A stretch of 64,000 bases of DNA, from contig NC_073403.1 in the NCBI RefSeq assembly GCF_028641065.1, positions 19,530,001 to 19,594,000 of the forward strand. The letters run 5' to 3'. Source of the DNA: Leucoraja erinacea (taxonomy: Eukaryota). This document shows, in pieces, positions 28,801 to 42,031 of this stretch. Numbering within the stretch: position 1 is the first letter of the stretch; each line of letters opens with the position of its first letter. A model generated the notes under the pieces. The model was given only the letters and a program-made list of their open reading frames with translations. It did no database searches and had not been told where the DNA came from. The position numbers and the translations under genes are program-made.

Positions 28801-29018
28801 ATGGAGCCCATCTACACGCACGGTATCCAAGTGGCTGAACGTTTGCAGCAAACTCTCGGCGGCTTTGAGAAGAGTTTGCTCTTCATGACTTGGATCGGTG
28901 ACCCGAGAGCATCTTTTTTTATTTACTTCCCTATAACGTACTTTCTCAACAGAAAGATCGGGATCTCAGTCTTGTGGATCACTGCACTTACTGAATGGTT
29001 AAACTTAGTATTTAAATC
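28801..29018 (+). CDS. G6PC3: Glucose-6-phosphatase 3 exon 1
   Basis: MEPIYTHGIQVAERLQQ...GDPRASFFIYFP...LWITALTEWLNLVFK. 218 nt, donor gtaagt. Confidence 0.95.
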
Positions 29019-30018
29019 GTAAGTTTATCTTTATTTTTTTTGGGGGGGGGGGGGGGGGGTATCTAATTTATTGTCTCCCTTCCAATCCAACCTGGACCTC
29101 GACTGTTTTCCGCATTCAGGCAAGATACGGATGGATGGTGATTGAATCGTTAAAAAAAAATACGATACAATGAACTGCAGATGCTGGTTTACAAAATTGC
29201 ATTGTTAATCTGCCTTTTTGTGCTGCAACTTTGCTTTGCTCTTATTTATTCCAAAGTAAAGGCTTTAAATATGTTGCGATGGGCAGTTTTTAGTGCTGCG
29301 GCAATTTGCTGCAGTTCTGCAAGTGCTTATGACCAGGTGACATAAGTCTGAAGAAGTATCTCAACCCAAAACGTCAACCCATTCCTTCTCTCCAGAGATA
29401 CTGCCTGTCCCGCTGAGTCACGCCAACATCTTGTGTCTATCTTCGGTTTAAACCAGCATCTGCAGTTCCTTCTTAGACATAAGTCGGTGCCTTGTTTGTT
29501 CATCGTTACCTGGTTTAGGCGAATGTTAAAGATCAAATCAAATGTTGAGTAGAAAGCTCTTCTTCCATAACAGCTTTAATGCTTTTGGAAAATGGCTGCC
29601 ATGTTGGCCTCCATAAATAACTTTATTATTTATATTTATTGAAGTTATATTTCAAAAAATAAGCACGTATAATCAAATATGTTTGTTGTAGTTGAGATAA
29701 CTAACCTAAGTCAAGGTTGAAAGGGGAAAAAATCAAGTTCAATCAAGTAAGAAGTTCTTTAAATTGTATAGTTAAAGTTAAAAATAACCATTGTTTGTAA
29801 TTATAATTCCTCTTGTGAAAAGGTTTGCTACTGTAGTTAATGCTTTGAGTAAATAAATGACTAAAGGGGTGTTGGTGGGTACATGGGAGGAACAGTTACA
29901 AGGTTGCAGGAAAATAAGGAGGGGAAATGGAATTGAGGATAGTTTTGTCGGAAGTTGGCATGAACATGATGGCCTGAATGGCCTCCTGCGTCTTAAATAT
30001 TGTTTTCTCATTATGGAA

Positions 30019-30753
30019 CAATACAATACAATACAATACAATACCATTTATTTGTCATTTGAACCTCACATGAGGTTCAAACAAAATTTGGTTCCTGCAG
30101 CCATACAAGAAAAGAACCAAGACACACACCAACACAATTTACACAAACATCCATCACAGTGAATCTCCTCCTCACTGTGATGGAAGGCAAAGTCTTGTCT
30201 CTCCCCTGCTCTCCATTCCTCTCCCGAAGTCAAAGTCAAAGCCCCCAGCGGGCGCTAGCAAGTCCGCGGCCATTTAAAGCCGCGCCGGGCGATGTAAGGC
30301 CCCGCAATTCGAGCGGGAGAAGTCGCCGTTGCCGGTGCCCCGCAAAGCGGTCTCCCACCGGGGACCCGCGCGCTCCCGGTGTCATCATCCACCGGAGTCG
30401 GGTCGCAGCCGCGCGCCACCGCAGCTCTCCATGCTCCTCACGCTCCGAAGCTGGCCAGCTCCACGATGGTAGGTCCGCAGCTCCGCCGGCTCCGTGACTT
30501 GAGCCCCCAGGTAGTTCTGTTGGACGCCACCCACGGTGCTAGGCCCCAACGACAACGGAGACCTGACAGAGAAAAAGGTCGGGTCTCTGTGCAGGGAAGA
30601 GATTTAAAAGTTTCCCCCCCCCATCCCCCACACATACACATTTAAAAGCCCACTACAAACTATACCCTCAACGGGACAAAAAACCCCAAAAAAACAGCAG
30701 ACTGCAGAGGCCGCTGCGACGTCGGTCGCGCCGCCCACCCAATGATGTGAGGA
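30019..30753 (-). mobile_element. CpG-rich non-autonomous retroelement with a (TATTG)n tail
   Basis: Minus-strand AATAAA then a (tattg)n tail. 7-bp TSD tatggaa (30012-30018 and 30754-30760). Confidence 0.65.
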
Positions 30754-31582
30754 TATGGAATATTCGGGCAACATTAGATGCTGAGCATCTGAGATGCTAC
30801 AAATACACAGCATTTAAAGTTGCCTGAATATTCGTTCCAACATTAATTTAGATCAATTAAACAAAAGCATGAGAAACTCCCTTGTTGCTATTCCCCAATG
30901 GAATAGTCTGAAGACCTCGTCTGAAGAAGAATCCCGATCCGAAATGTTGTCTGTCCATATCGTCCACAGATCCGCTGTGTTTCTCCAATACTTTGTGTAT
31001 TGCCCAGGATTCCAGCATTTTGGGTCAACTATTTTTTTAAACTGTATAGGAATGAACTGCAGATGCACATTTAAATAATGTTAAAAGTATTCTTCCAAAG
31101 ATGTGAGTAGAACCTACCATTCCTAATACAATGACACTATATAGTTCAAAATGGACAGATTTGCTGGCTAATCTCAGAAGAATAGACCAGGCGGTGTGGA
31201 GTGCTGGCCATTGAATTTAGTTGGATTCAACAATGCTTCTCTCGCGAGAGACCAAATATTGGCAAGGCCATCTGGCATATACTTATAATCTTGCCCACGA
31301 TAAATCACTGAACAATAAAGCAGGAACATCTTATCCCCAATTAAGTCCGTTAAATATTTCAAACGATTTTCTTTATTTCTGAAAACATCAAAATATAGAG
31401 AATTCACAACTCTCTCTGAAAGTAGAAAACTGCAAAGATTTCCAATAGTCTGAGGAAAGAAAATTATTTTTGGTGTTCCTGAAAGCTGGCCAAAATAAAC
31501 TGTCTGGCAAAATGAAATTTAACCTTCCAATCGATTGGAAATCAATTTTTCAACTCAATCAACTTTCTAATTTTCTTAATAG

Positions 31583-31692
31583 GATTCTGTTTGGTGAGCG
31601 TCCGTTCTGGTGGATTCATGAGTCGGGGGTCTATGATGAGCACCAGATGCCCAAGTTGAAGCAATTTTTCTGCTCCTGTGAAACTGGCCCAG
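31583..31692 (+). CDS. G6PC3: G6PC3 exon 2
   Basis: ILFGERPFWWIHESG...KQFFCSCETGP, containing the RP of phosphatase motif 1. Acceptor taatag, donor gtttgt. Confidence 0.95.
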
Positions 31693-32950
31693 GTTTGTCC
31701 CAGCAAAATGCAATGTGACTGGTTAGCTGTTTATTTTATGTCACTTCAGTGACAGATTTCACATTTATTCAGTGGAATTAAGTTTCAAATTTCTTTAATA
31801 AAATACTTTTTCCAATAAATGTCTCTACAATTTTATCTCCTGTAAGGGATGGTTTTAAATGTCACACATTGACATGATTCTCCTTCCCAAGATGAAATGG
31901 TTGCAGTAAATTCCTCAGTTTAAAAACTCATTTTGTTGAATTATTGAATTCTGAACAGACTTGAATTTAATGTTTAAACATTTTTTATTAATTAGCAACT
32001 TAGAATTGAAAAATTGCCAATCTTCTTACGTAGTGGTCAGTTTTAAGGATTGCAGTTGTTCCCTGTTCAGTTGGATGCTATTCTTGGTAACTGTCCCTCA
32101 GTTAGAAAAAAACATTGCAAATCGGCACATGGTTTGCACTTCAAAGGTATTTATTTGTCCATCCAATAGAAAGGAACTGCGACATAGAAGAATAATGGGA
32201 TACTCAGGAGAAAAGGGTTATAAAGGTTTGTGTCAGAACCAAGTGTAAGGTTATCTTTATAGCAGCCACCTATTCATTCACTTTTAAATTAGCATTTTAA
32301 CATAATTGAGTTGAAGCCTGATGCCACCCCATCAGACTCAAATTTACTGGTTACAAGAACTACAGCTGATTTTATTTTACCCACTACTACCCCCTCTCCA
32401 AGTCTCCTTTTCTATAAACCCACTGGAAGCTACAATTGCCAAATACTTCCCTGTGCTGACATCATGGATTCTGCCAGCCAGTTATCGCTATTTTACTTTG
32501 ATGTGAATAAGATCCCTGTCACCCTAACTAATTGTAGATGGTTGAATAGATAGGGAGAGGGCTGATGACATGTCTTCCACTAATGAAACTTCCTTCCATA
32601 TGTTTTCCATTGCTTCCCTCACCCACGTTGCTGCAGCGACAATGTGGCTTTTCATCAATTAATATTTTCCCCTAAGTTTTTGGCATGTTTCCTTTGCTTA
32701 TCTAATCTTGTTCCACCCCTCTCTGCTGTTACTTAATACTCTTACCCTCTACCACATACTTAACTACCGTGTTATGTTTCTCTCAGGTACCCTCTCTGTT
32801 TCTCTCTCTGTTTCTGTGCCAATTCACTTTATTCTCAGTTTCACCTTTAATCTCCATACGATCTCTTCTGAGTTTGCTCCCCATCACACTTCCTATGACT
32901 TTTCCTTGCTCCATTTACATTCCCCCTTTACCATATCACGTGGCCTCACT

Positions 32951-33218
32951 AGTTTAGTTTAGAGATACAGCATGGAAACAGGCCCACCGTGTCCCCGCCG
33001 GACAGCGATCACCTGTAGACTAGTTCTACGCACATAGGGACAATTTTTACAGAAACCAATTAACTTACAAACCTCGACATGTTTGGAATGTGAAGCACCT
33101 GGACAAAACCTACAGAAAGAACATACAAACTCCATACAGACAGCGCCTATAGTCAGGATTGAACCTGGGTCTCTGGCGCTGTAAGACAGCAACTCTACCC
33201 CTGCGCCACTGTGCCACC
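32951..33218 (-). mobile_element. HE1-like V-SINE
   Basis: Reverse complement of the same head and tail, with a (TAAAC)n end. Confidence 0.8.
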
Positions 33219-35034
33219 ACTAATGTGCTAATCATAGAAATAATGATCTCGGATTTCTTCTGTGCACCAATCTCCACCCACACCCCCTCTTCACTTCCTA
33301 ATGTCATTTCTTTCTGAGTCTTCCTTCAGAAAAAACACTCCTGCAGTTTTGCTGAGAACAATGTTTCGAACACCCTACATTTTAGCCTTGTTCAGCATTC
33401 TTCACAACATTTCTGCAAGGACTGATCTGTTCACTTCCATCTTTAATCCCGTTATCCCCGTAATAAAAAAAACAAAGTCTTTCACCCTAGCTGTCGCATC
33501 TTTATTGAAAGTTCAAAGACTGAAGAACTAAATATCTTTGGTATGCAGTTAGTTTAATCATTCAACACCTAATCTAAATGGACAACTTAATCTGTTTTTG
33601 TATCGTAATCTGCTCAATAATTACCGTTTACTATTCCAAGATCATCCCACAATAAAAAAGATAACCCTTTTCTAACTTCTTCATCTCAAACCATATCTCA
33701 CCCCACACTTCCTCATCTCCAAAGATTGTGTCTTGCCATGATTGTGAACTCGCATTTCTCCATCCTATGTTTCAACATAGACTTTCCAAATGTATCTTAT
33801 CCATTAGGTACATCTTTTTGTTCCCTCAACTTTATTCCCACCAAACTGCTCAGAATGTAACTTCCCTTCCTGGCTTGTAACCCACCTTACCTTGGTTGTT
33901 CTTCCATTTTCTGGATTCTAACTCCCACTTTGCAAATATGCCATTTTTTTCCTCGAAAGCATATAATTACACACTGTTATACCATCTCTTACTGTCCCTT
34001 TACCTCCTAGACATTTGTCAAATGTGTCCCACCTTCCCTGCAGTTACCCTTTTGAATTCAATGATTCTCTGCCAAAGCAATGAAATGGATAATCAGATTC
34101 ACAGATGATATCTCATGGAACTTAATGGAAGCATCTCCTTGAATAATTTGTCCTTCATGGAACCATGACTGTATAGGACATCCATTATTTCTTCCATGTA
34201 AACCTATCCACAGTCTTTCATACAGTTAATAAAAAACACAGGAGCAGCATTAAGCCAATTGGCCCATAAAGTCTGCCCCACCATTCGATCATGGCTGATC
34301 TATTTTTCCCTCTCACCCTATTCTCCTGCCTTCTTTTACTCTTTTACTCTTACTAATCAAGAACCGATCAATCTCCGCTTTAGAAATACCCAAGAGCGGC
34401 CTCCATAGCCATCTGTGGCAATGAATCCCTCAGATTCACCACCCTTTGGCTAAAGAAAATCTTCCTTACGTCCGTTTTAAAGGCACATTCTGTGGCTGTA
34501 CCCTCTGGTCCTGAACTCGCCAACCACTGGAAACATCCTCTCCACATTCACTCACTCTAGGCCTTTCATTATTCGGTAGGTTTCAATGAAATCCCCTATC
34601 ATCCTTCCAAACCCAGCTGCCCCATCTTCCTCAATGCCCTTTCCTATTCTGTAGCAGTCCTCTACTTTGCTCCATCTAATCTCTCCAAGAAACTTCTGTC
34701 ATAATTTATTTTCCCTGCTCCATTACATTTGTAATTCAGCAAGGATCTATCCTTGGCACTCATGCAATTCACATCCACATGTTGGTCCTCAATAACATTA
34801 TTTGAAGCATGTCAGGTCCCAGATGTACAATCCTGGAACCCACTTCTACCTCACTATCATCTCTCATGATACTCCATCTGTTTCCAATTTGTTACATTGC
34901 TTACATTCATCATCTAAGCAACCTGAAATGTCGTCTGTCCATTCTCTCCACAGATGCTGCCTGTCACACTGAGTTCCTCCAGAACTTTGTTTTTTCTTTT
35001 ACTAAATTACATACATAGCAGGGTAGAATGAACA

Positions 35035-35392
35035 AGCATTTATAAAATCATGAAAGGAATAGATCGGGTAGATACACAGAGTCTCTTCCCCCGAGTAGGT
35101 GAATCGAGGACCAGAGGACATAGGTTTAATGTGAAGGGGAAAAGAATTAATAGGAATCCGAGGGGTAACTCTTTCACACAAAGGGTAGTGGGTGTATGGA
35201 ACACGCTTCCAGAGGAGGTATGTTGAGACTGGGACCACCCCAACATTTGCAGTAAGACAGGTACATGAATAGGGCAGGTTTGGAGGGATATGGACCAAAG
35301 GCAGGCAGGTGGAACTAGTGTAGCAGGGACATGTTGGCCGGGTGTGGGCAAATTGAGCCAAAGGGCCTGTTTCCACACTATTACTCTATGAC
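35035..35392 (+). mobile_element. CR1 3' fragment
   Basis: YKIMKGIDRVD...FFTQRVVGVWNTLPEEV, then tail gggcctgtttcc...ctctatga. Confidence 0.75.
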
Positions 35393-35718
35393 GCTAACAC
35401 ACAGGTTTTATTACAATTCTCATGGAATGCATTCATTAGATTTCTTTTTACTTTGAATTAAAGTGAGTTATTCTCAGGGTGTGTGTTCAAAGCTGAAGTA
35501 CCATTATGATTAATAATATACTGTCACAATTTTATGATTGGAACAGAGAACAATACAACCCAAGAACTGACCCTTTGGCCCATGATGTCTGTGCTGATCA
35601 TGATTTCAATTTAAACTAATCAGATCTTCCTGCACATGATCCTTATCCTTCTGCGTCTTGTCTGTTCACGTGCTTGTCTAAAGGCTCCTGAATGTTACTG
35701 TCATTATACTATATTTTA

Positions 35719-36421
35719 TCTGTTACTAATGGCCCTGTCCCACTGTACGTGTTCATTCAAGAGTTCTCCCGAGTTTACCCTGCTTCGAACTTGGAGATTT
35801 ACGGTAATGGCCGCTCATAGGTACTCGGGGCTCTCGTGGACATTTTTCAACATGTTGAAAAATCTTCACGAGTCTTCCCGAGCTTACCACGTTTCCTGAG
35901 TACCTGCCATTAGCGTTACGAGCCGCTAAGAGACGTCCCAAGCTCCGACGTACCCGCTACATACATTCTACGTGCTTCCACGAGTTTGATTTTTTTAATA
36001 CTCGGGAGAGCTCTTGAATGAGCTTGTACAGTGGGACAGGCCCATTAAACTCTCATCTTGTTTGTTAGTTAGTTTGTTTGTTTGTTCCCGAAACTCCGCA
36101 AAAATGGTACACGATAGCGCAACAAATTTAGGCCCACCTTACTATTGCTCTGTGATGTGCACTAAACATGTTTCGTTCAGATTGATGTTATATTTTACAA
36201 GTTAATGACATTTTAAACTTTAATAAACGTCGCAGTCCAGCTCCCACTTGCCGGCCGAGCCTGCGCAGTTGGGGGAGGGTTGCCGTGACTCGCGTCACAA
36301 CTGGGTTCACTGGCGTCACAACCGGAGCCCATCAGCCGTGCCTGCGCAGTTGGGGGCTATGGGTGAGTGGTGGAATTTTGCGATGGGGGACGAGGACCCA
36401 ACGGGTCCACACTTGGTCTAG
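35719..36421 (+). mobile_element. Non-autonomous Helitron containing a MITE
   Basis: 3' hairpin GGACCC-AAC-GGGTCC (36394-36408), then CTAG|T at 36421. Probable A|TC 5' end at 35719. Confidence 0.7.
35730..36044. mobile_element. MITE / non-autonomous TIR DNA transposon
   Basis: About 45-bp imperfect TIRs (tggccctgtcccactgtac... / ...gtacagtgggacaggccca) at a TA/TAA-type site. Confidence 0.8.
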
Positions 36422-36593
36422 TAACAAATAAGTGTGAGATAGTGTGAAGTAACTTTGCATGTATGATTTGGTTACCGTACCTACTCCACCACTGGTTTGG
36501 CTCAGATTCAGCCTTTGAAATAAGTATTGCATCAGATTTTGAGCCTTGCAAAATAAAATATTACTGCAATTGCAATGTTTGTTTCTGCTTCAG

Positions 36594-36684
36594 GCAGTCC
36601 TTCCGGCCATGCGATGATCACGGGTGCAGCATGGTGGCTTATAATGACCAGTCTTTCCACATGCATTTTCAATCGCACTAGAAG
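36594..36684 (+). CDS. G6PC3: G6PC3 exon 3
   Basis: GSPSGHAMITGAAWWLIMTSLSTCIFNRTR with the PSGH motif. Acceptor cttcag, donor gtttgt, 91 nt. Confidence 0.95.
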
Positions 36685-39539
36685 GTTTGTGCTACTCTAA
36701 CCGTTTAAATATCAAAATGGTTAAGTAATTTTACAACATTTAAACACAATGCATACCTCACCCTATCACTGACTGCTCTCTCCTCTTCTGAATGTGCTGC
36801 ATGTTGTTTGCTTATTGTTTCAATGGGTGGATCCTGGTTACTAATCGCCTTTCAGTCTCATTACTTTCTCCAAGACAAGAGCTCTCTGGGTTATGAATGA
36901 CCTGATTTATGTAAACCTGACATTATGAAAATGCGCCCATAAATATTTTAAGGATTTTGAAATAATAAAATGTTTCATGGTATGAATTGACTGGATACAG
37001 TTCTATTCTGTTAGATAGTAATATCAGGGTGAATATTCAAGGCAATGAACCAATTATAGCAAGTGTATGTTGAATAATACAGTATGGGTTACTTTAGAAT
37101 ATGGACATATAGGACACAGAAAAATTGTCTTATGGACAATTCTCAGAATGGACCCCAGTAGAACCAGGGGATGGGCTGTACTAATTTTTAGCAAAGTCAA
37201 TTTATTAAAATTCATTTACTTTAGACTTGTGGTCTTCTCGCATCTCTGGAAGGAAGACAAATAAAAACTGCAGATGCTGGTGTCTGGAGCAAAAGTGAAA
37301 ATGCTGGAAGACGTCAGCCAGGCAAACGGCATCTGCGGAAAGAGAAACCAGTCGAAGTTTCAATGACCTTCAGGACTGAGAGACGCTGACCCGAAATGTT
37401 GGCATCCACTATCTTCAGATGCTGCTTGCCTGAGCAGATTTTTCGCCATTTCTATTTTTGTTACTATTTCTGGAAGGTTTTCGGTGTCCTTTTCCCTGGA
37501 GATATTTGTATAATTTTCTTTATTATGTCCTTATTCTCCAATATAATTTATTTTGCTTCAATCAGCAACAAACTATGTTAAAAATTGCTGTTCTCATCCT
37601 TTACATTGCCCTAATTTTCTACTTTTCCTCACTGTATCAAGACCTTTGCTGAATTCTGAAAAAATTACAAATATCAATTTAACTGCTTTTTTGGCAACAT
37701 TACAAGCTTTTTGCTTTAATCTAACATTATCTTTAGCTAATCCTTGCAGCCATATGGGATCACTTTTCCTGTTTTGTTTTTTTGCCTTACTTGCAAATTA
37801 TGTATTAATTCTTTAAAAGTCAGCCTTTATTTTTTACTGTCGTGCCTTTTAAAGTTGACTCCCAATGTACTGTAGCCAATCTGTAACTACCTTTGAGCTT
37901 TAATTGAATGTAATCATTTACAAAGCTCATATAAAATTCAGTCATAATATGACCACAATTTCCTATTTCCCCTTCACAACCATATAAGCCTTTTCTCAAT
38001 AATAATTTAAAGTAACCTGTTAAATCCCATTCTTTAATAATAGGTTTACTCCATTTTCCATTTTGCCTGTCTATTCTGAAAGTGAAGTATCTTGGAATAT
38101 TGAACTGCCAACCTTGACCACTTTGCAATCAGATCAGTGGAGGGACTGTTGGGTTTCTGTTTCTGTTTGTGCCTTCAGTGACAGGTGCCAAGGCAGGAGA
38201 ATGGGGTTAGGAGGGAGAGATAGATCATCCATGATTGAATGGCGGAGTAGACTTGAAGGGCCGAATGGCCTAATTCCACTATTCCTTATGACCTTATGAC
38301 TTTGATACTTGCAGTCTGGTAAAGTGCCTTCATTTTTTACTTTTTACCACTCTCCCTTGCCCTCACACTGTTGGAAGAATACAATTGAGTTGATGTGCAC
38401 TATTACTGTTTTTATTTCCCAATTTACTGCCTGCACTATAGCTCGGCCCTTTCCTTATAACTTTCTAACCTTCCCCTCCCCCCATCAAAACCCCCACCCC
38501 ACCATCTAGTTTAAAGGCATATTTACAACCGCAATTGTTCGATTCACCGGGAATTAGTCTTGGCCCAATTCAAGTTAGGTCCATTCCAGTAGAAAAGCTT
38601 GTTCTTTCCCTATTTCCATGCCCCATGTATTGAAACCAAATTTTCCTGCATTAAACGTTGATCTACACATTCAATTTGCTGATCTTTTTTTACCTTTTGC
38701 CAATCTTCTCGTGGTTCAGGAAGATCATTACCTTTTTAGGTCATCTTGTTAATTTAGATCCATATTGCTCATATTCCAACAGATCCTGCCTTGCCCTATC
38801 TATTGTCATATGTTTAGACCAACATTAAATCTTTCTCCGCCTATGAATTTATCTCCAGCCCTGAAGAGTCATCCTTAATCCTGGCACAATCATTAGGACA
38901 CAGGCTTGCATCTGTAGAGAACATGTTTTCCTCTGCTAACTATATTGTTCCTATTACCACTTCAACTTGAATGGTCCCATGCAATATTGTGCTGTGGCCA
39001 ATTTGCTAATTCATCTTGCCATGACTAATCTTATGCACAGCCACTGCAAAACCCCATACCTATTAGACAAGTGCAAGGGCTTAGGCTCATACAATGTTAT
39101 TTTCTAGATCGCCTTATTGCTTCACTCAAAGTCAAACTCTCCTGTGCCATGGGACTGGCCATTTCTATAGCAGTAAATGTAAGCAGGGCAACTACTTCCT
39201 GGAACGTCCCTTCTCCCCGAGGCAGCATTGAAGCTCAGACTCTGGTTCATCAACTGTGAGCCAATGTCCCCTGTATATATGATGCACTTTCTGAAGCTGC
39301 AGGTGATATTACATTGATTTCTGATAAGGACTCCAAATTATCCATTGACCCTTAATTTGTCATTGTCAGTGTAGTGTAGTCCTAAAGTTGACTCTTTACT
39401 CCTCTGCTCTCAGCTAATGTCCTCAGGCAACCCTTCTTTTGGACTTGATTTTAACACTGAATACCTAAGTGTGAGTGCCTCTTCCCAACATCATATAATT
39501 CATCAAAAGTAATATTTCTAAAAGTTTCAACCATTATAT

Positions 39540-39724
39540 AGTAGCTATATTTAAGAGGGAGTTAGATGTGGCCCTTGTGGCTAAGGGGATCAGGGGGTAT
39601 GGAGAGAAGGCAGGTACGGGATACTGAGTTGGATGATCAGCCATGATCATATTGAATGGCGGTGCAGGCTCGAAGGGCCGAATGGCCTACTCCTGCACCT
39701 AATTTCTATGTTCTATGTTTCTAT
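39540..39724 (+). mobile_element. Short, well-preserved CR1 3' end just upstream of G6PC3 exon 4
   Basis: FKRELDVALVAKGIRGYGEKAG, then the cagccatgatcatattgaatggcgg...gggccgaatggcc...(tttctatg) tail. Confidence 0.8.
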
Positions 39725-39766
39725 TAAACTATGCTAATATTAACATCATATTTTTTCTACTTTAAG

Positions 39767-39885
39767 CTCGCTGGCAAAGAACATTCCTGTAGTATTGTAC
39801 ATCGTTCTGCTGCTGGCAATCGGCATCTCCAGAATATTTATTTTGGCACATTTTCCTCATCAAGTGGTTGCTGGAATAATTACAG
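39767..39885 (+). CDS. G6PC3: G6PC3 exon 4
   Basis: [39 protein letters not shown], containing the SRxxxxxHxxxQ motif with the catalytic His. Donor gtgag, 119 nt. Confidence 0.95.
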
Positions 39886-40362
39886 GTGAGAGCATTAATT
39901 GCAAGGTGCACGATGGACCAACAGGTGAAGATTTTGTATCTGAAAAATCTGATACTAATACTTGTCATTCATTTTGATTTGAAATTCCTTCCCCATCATT
40001 CTCAAAGTGCGCAGCACGTATTCTTATGGTTGCAAACCAGCAAATATTAGGGAGCATACCTGAATCTTATACAGAAGGGTAATTAACATCAGAATATCTA
40101 CCAGTACCATTGCTAAACACAAAAATATTGTCATATCATCAGTAGACACGACCAGTGTGTAAATGTGACTTGCATCTCTCCTACTAAAGTAGTGACGCTC
40201 TGGTGCATTTTTCATTGTATTTCACACAAAGGGTGGTGAATGTATGGAATGAGCTGCCAGAAGAGGTAGTTGAGGCAGGGACTATTGCAATGTTTAAGGA
40301 TCAATTGGACAGGTACGTGGATAGGACAGGTGTGTAGGGATATAGGCCAAACACACAGACGG

Positions 40363-40393
<31 letters not shown>

Positions 40394-41408
40394 ACACACT
40401 AGCGTAGGTGAAACATGTTGATCGATGTGGGCAAGTTGGGCCAAAGGGCCTGTTTCCACGATGTGTGATAGCACCATGGCACTCGGTTGCAGAGTTTTTT
40501 ATTGATCTGGCGGAAGACTACAAAGGGAGAGCGAGCTATCTCTTTTCCCCAGTGTTCTTTTGGTTGTTCTCATGGTCATGGGCCATTCACAGGGTCGATG
40601 GCAATCCGAGCAGCAATCAAGCAAGTTATTACAGATAGATAACAAGGAAAGAAAACCTTAAGCTATATTATCTTAAAACATTTTACAGAGTGCAATATAA
40701 AGCTTAAGGCATACGTGCAAGTTTTAGGTGGAAGTGAAAATATCTTTTTTTAAATATAGTTATTATTTTTATATCTTTATATTTTGAGGTAATTGCAATC
40801 TACATGGAAATGTTTAGGATAAAAAAAATTGCTAGGTAGTAATCACAGCATAATGCAACATTTTAAAACTCAACATGGAACAATTTTGTACCTGCTCAAG
40901 ATTTTTTTTGAGTAGAACGTAAAAAGGAGAACTTTTGCAGTCATTGCAAAGTATAAATATACATTTTATCTTTTAAATTTGTTTTGGTAATTACACAGCT
41001 TTGTTGTTTTTTTAACGCTGAGTTGCTGTATTTGAGGTTTGCTTTTCGTGCTTTGTCCCTTCATGCGCTTTAGCCAACTCAGCAGGCAGCAGGAAATACA
41101 TGCAAGGCTCTGCTGACTGGTTTTCATTCCTAAACAATGTTCCATTAACCCCTTGAGTCCTCAGGGAAGGAGAGATTGGGTCACTTTTCTCTTCAGAAAC
41201 CTGGATTTTTCCAGGATCTGAGTGCAACTGAGTGAAAATGGCCGCGTAATTCAGTATCCGTGCAAAACCTGATGCATCCGAGACCAGTCTGTGATTGCCT
41301 TTGGTGTCATGCTTTTTTCAAATGTGGTATGACACTAGTCATGCTAATAATCTCCGCATGATTAAACAATCTGAACATGGATCCCATCAGTCAGATATAG
41401 CTGTGACA

Positions 41409-41732
41409 GTTTAGTTTAGAGACACCCCATGAAACAGGCCCTTCGGCCCACCGAGTCCAAACATCGATCATCCGTTCACACACTAGTTCTATGTTATCCT
41501 ACTTTCTCATCCACTCTCTGCACATTAGCGGCAATTTTTAGAGGCCAGTTATCCTATAAAGCCACATATCTTTTGGTTATGGGAGAAAACCGGAGCACTT
41601 GGGGGAAATCCACATGGGGTCCATAAAGGAAGAATGTGCAAACTCCACACAGACAGCACCCAAGGTGAATATTGAACCCGGGGTCTCTGGCTACGAGAGA
41701 CTGTGGCTCTCCAGCTGCATTACTGTGCTGCC
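41409..41732 (-). mobile_element. HE1-like V-SINE
   Basis: Same head, V-domain and tail motifs on the minus strand. Confidence 0.75.
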
Positions 41733-41889
41733 CAAAATGTGTCACCATAGCAGTTTTTTAACATGCCATTGTGGTTTCACCTGCGACCAACCATTTCAAG
41801 ATTTCCTGAATGTGAACGTTTAAAAGGATGTAAATATTCTGTGAACATGCAAGGAAATTACTTACCAATAATTCCATTTTGTATTTTAG

Positions 41890-42031
41890 GTGCTGTACTT
41901 GGTTTTCTGCTGGGCCAATACATACCCGAGAATATCAAATTCATCCAATATGTTGTGACCTCAATCTTGTTGCTGCTCAGTGGTATGTGCCTGTACTGGG
42001 GATTGCATTACTTTGGTGTAAACGTTTCTTG
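41890..42031 (+). CDS. G6PC3: G6PC3 exon 5
   Basis: GAVLGFLLGQYIPENIKFIQYVVTSILLLLSGMCLYWGLHYFGVNVSW. Acceptor ttttag, donor gtaagt, 142 nt. Confidence 0.93.

Noticed and set aside
40360-40393. Long poly-G/C runs (also near 19331, 29042, 44353, 45634, 56522, 63491) as functional G-quadruplexes
   Set aside because: Mostly inside repeats, common in such assemblies, and run lengths are unreliable.
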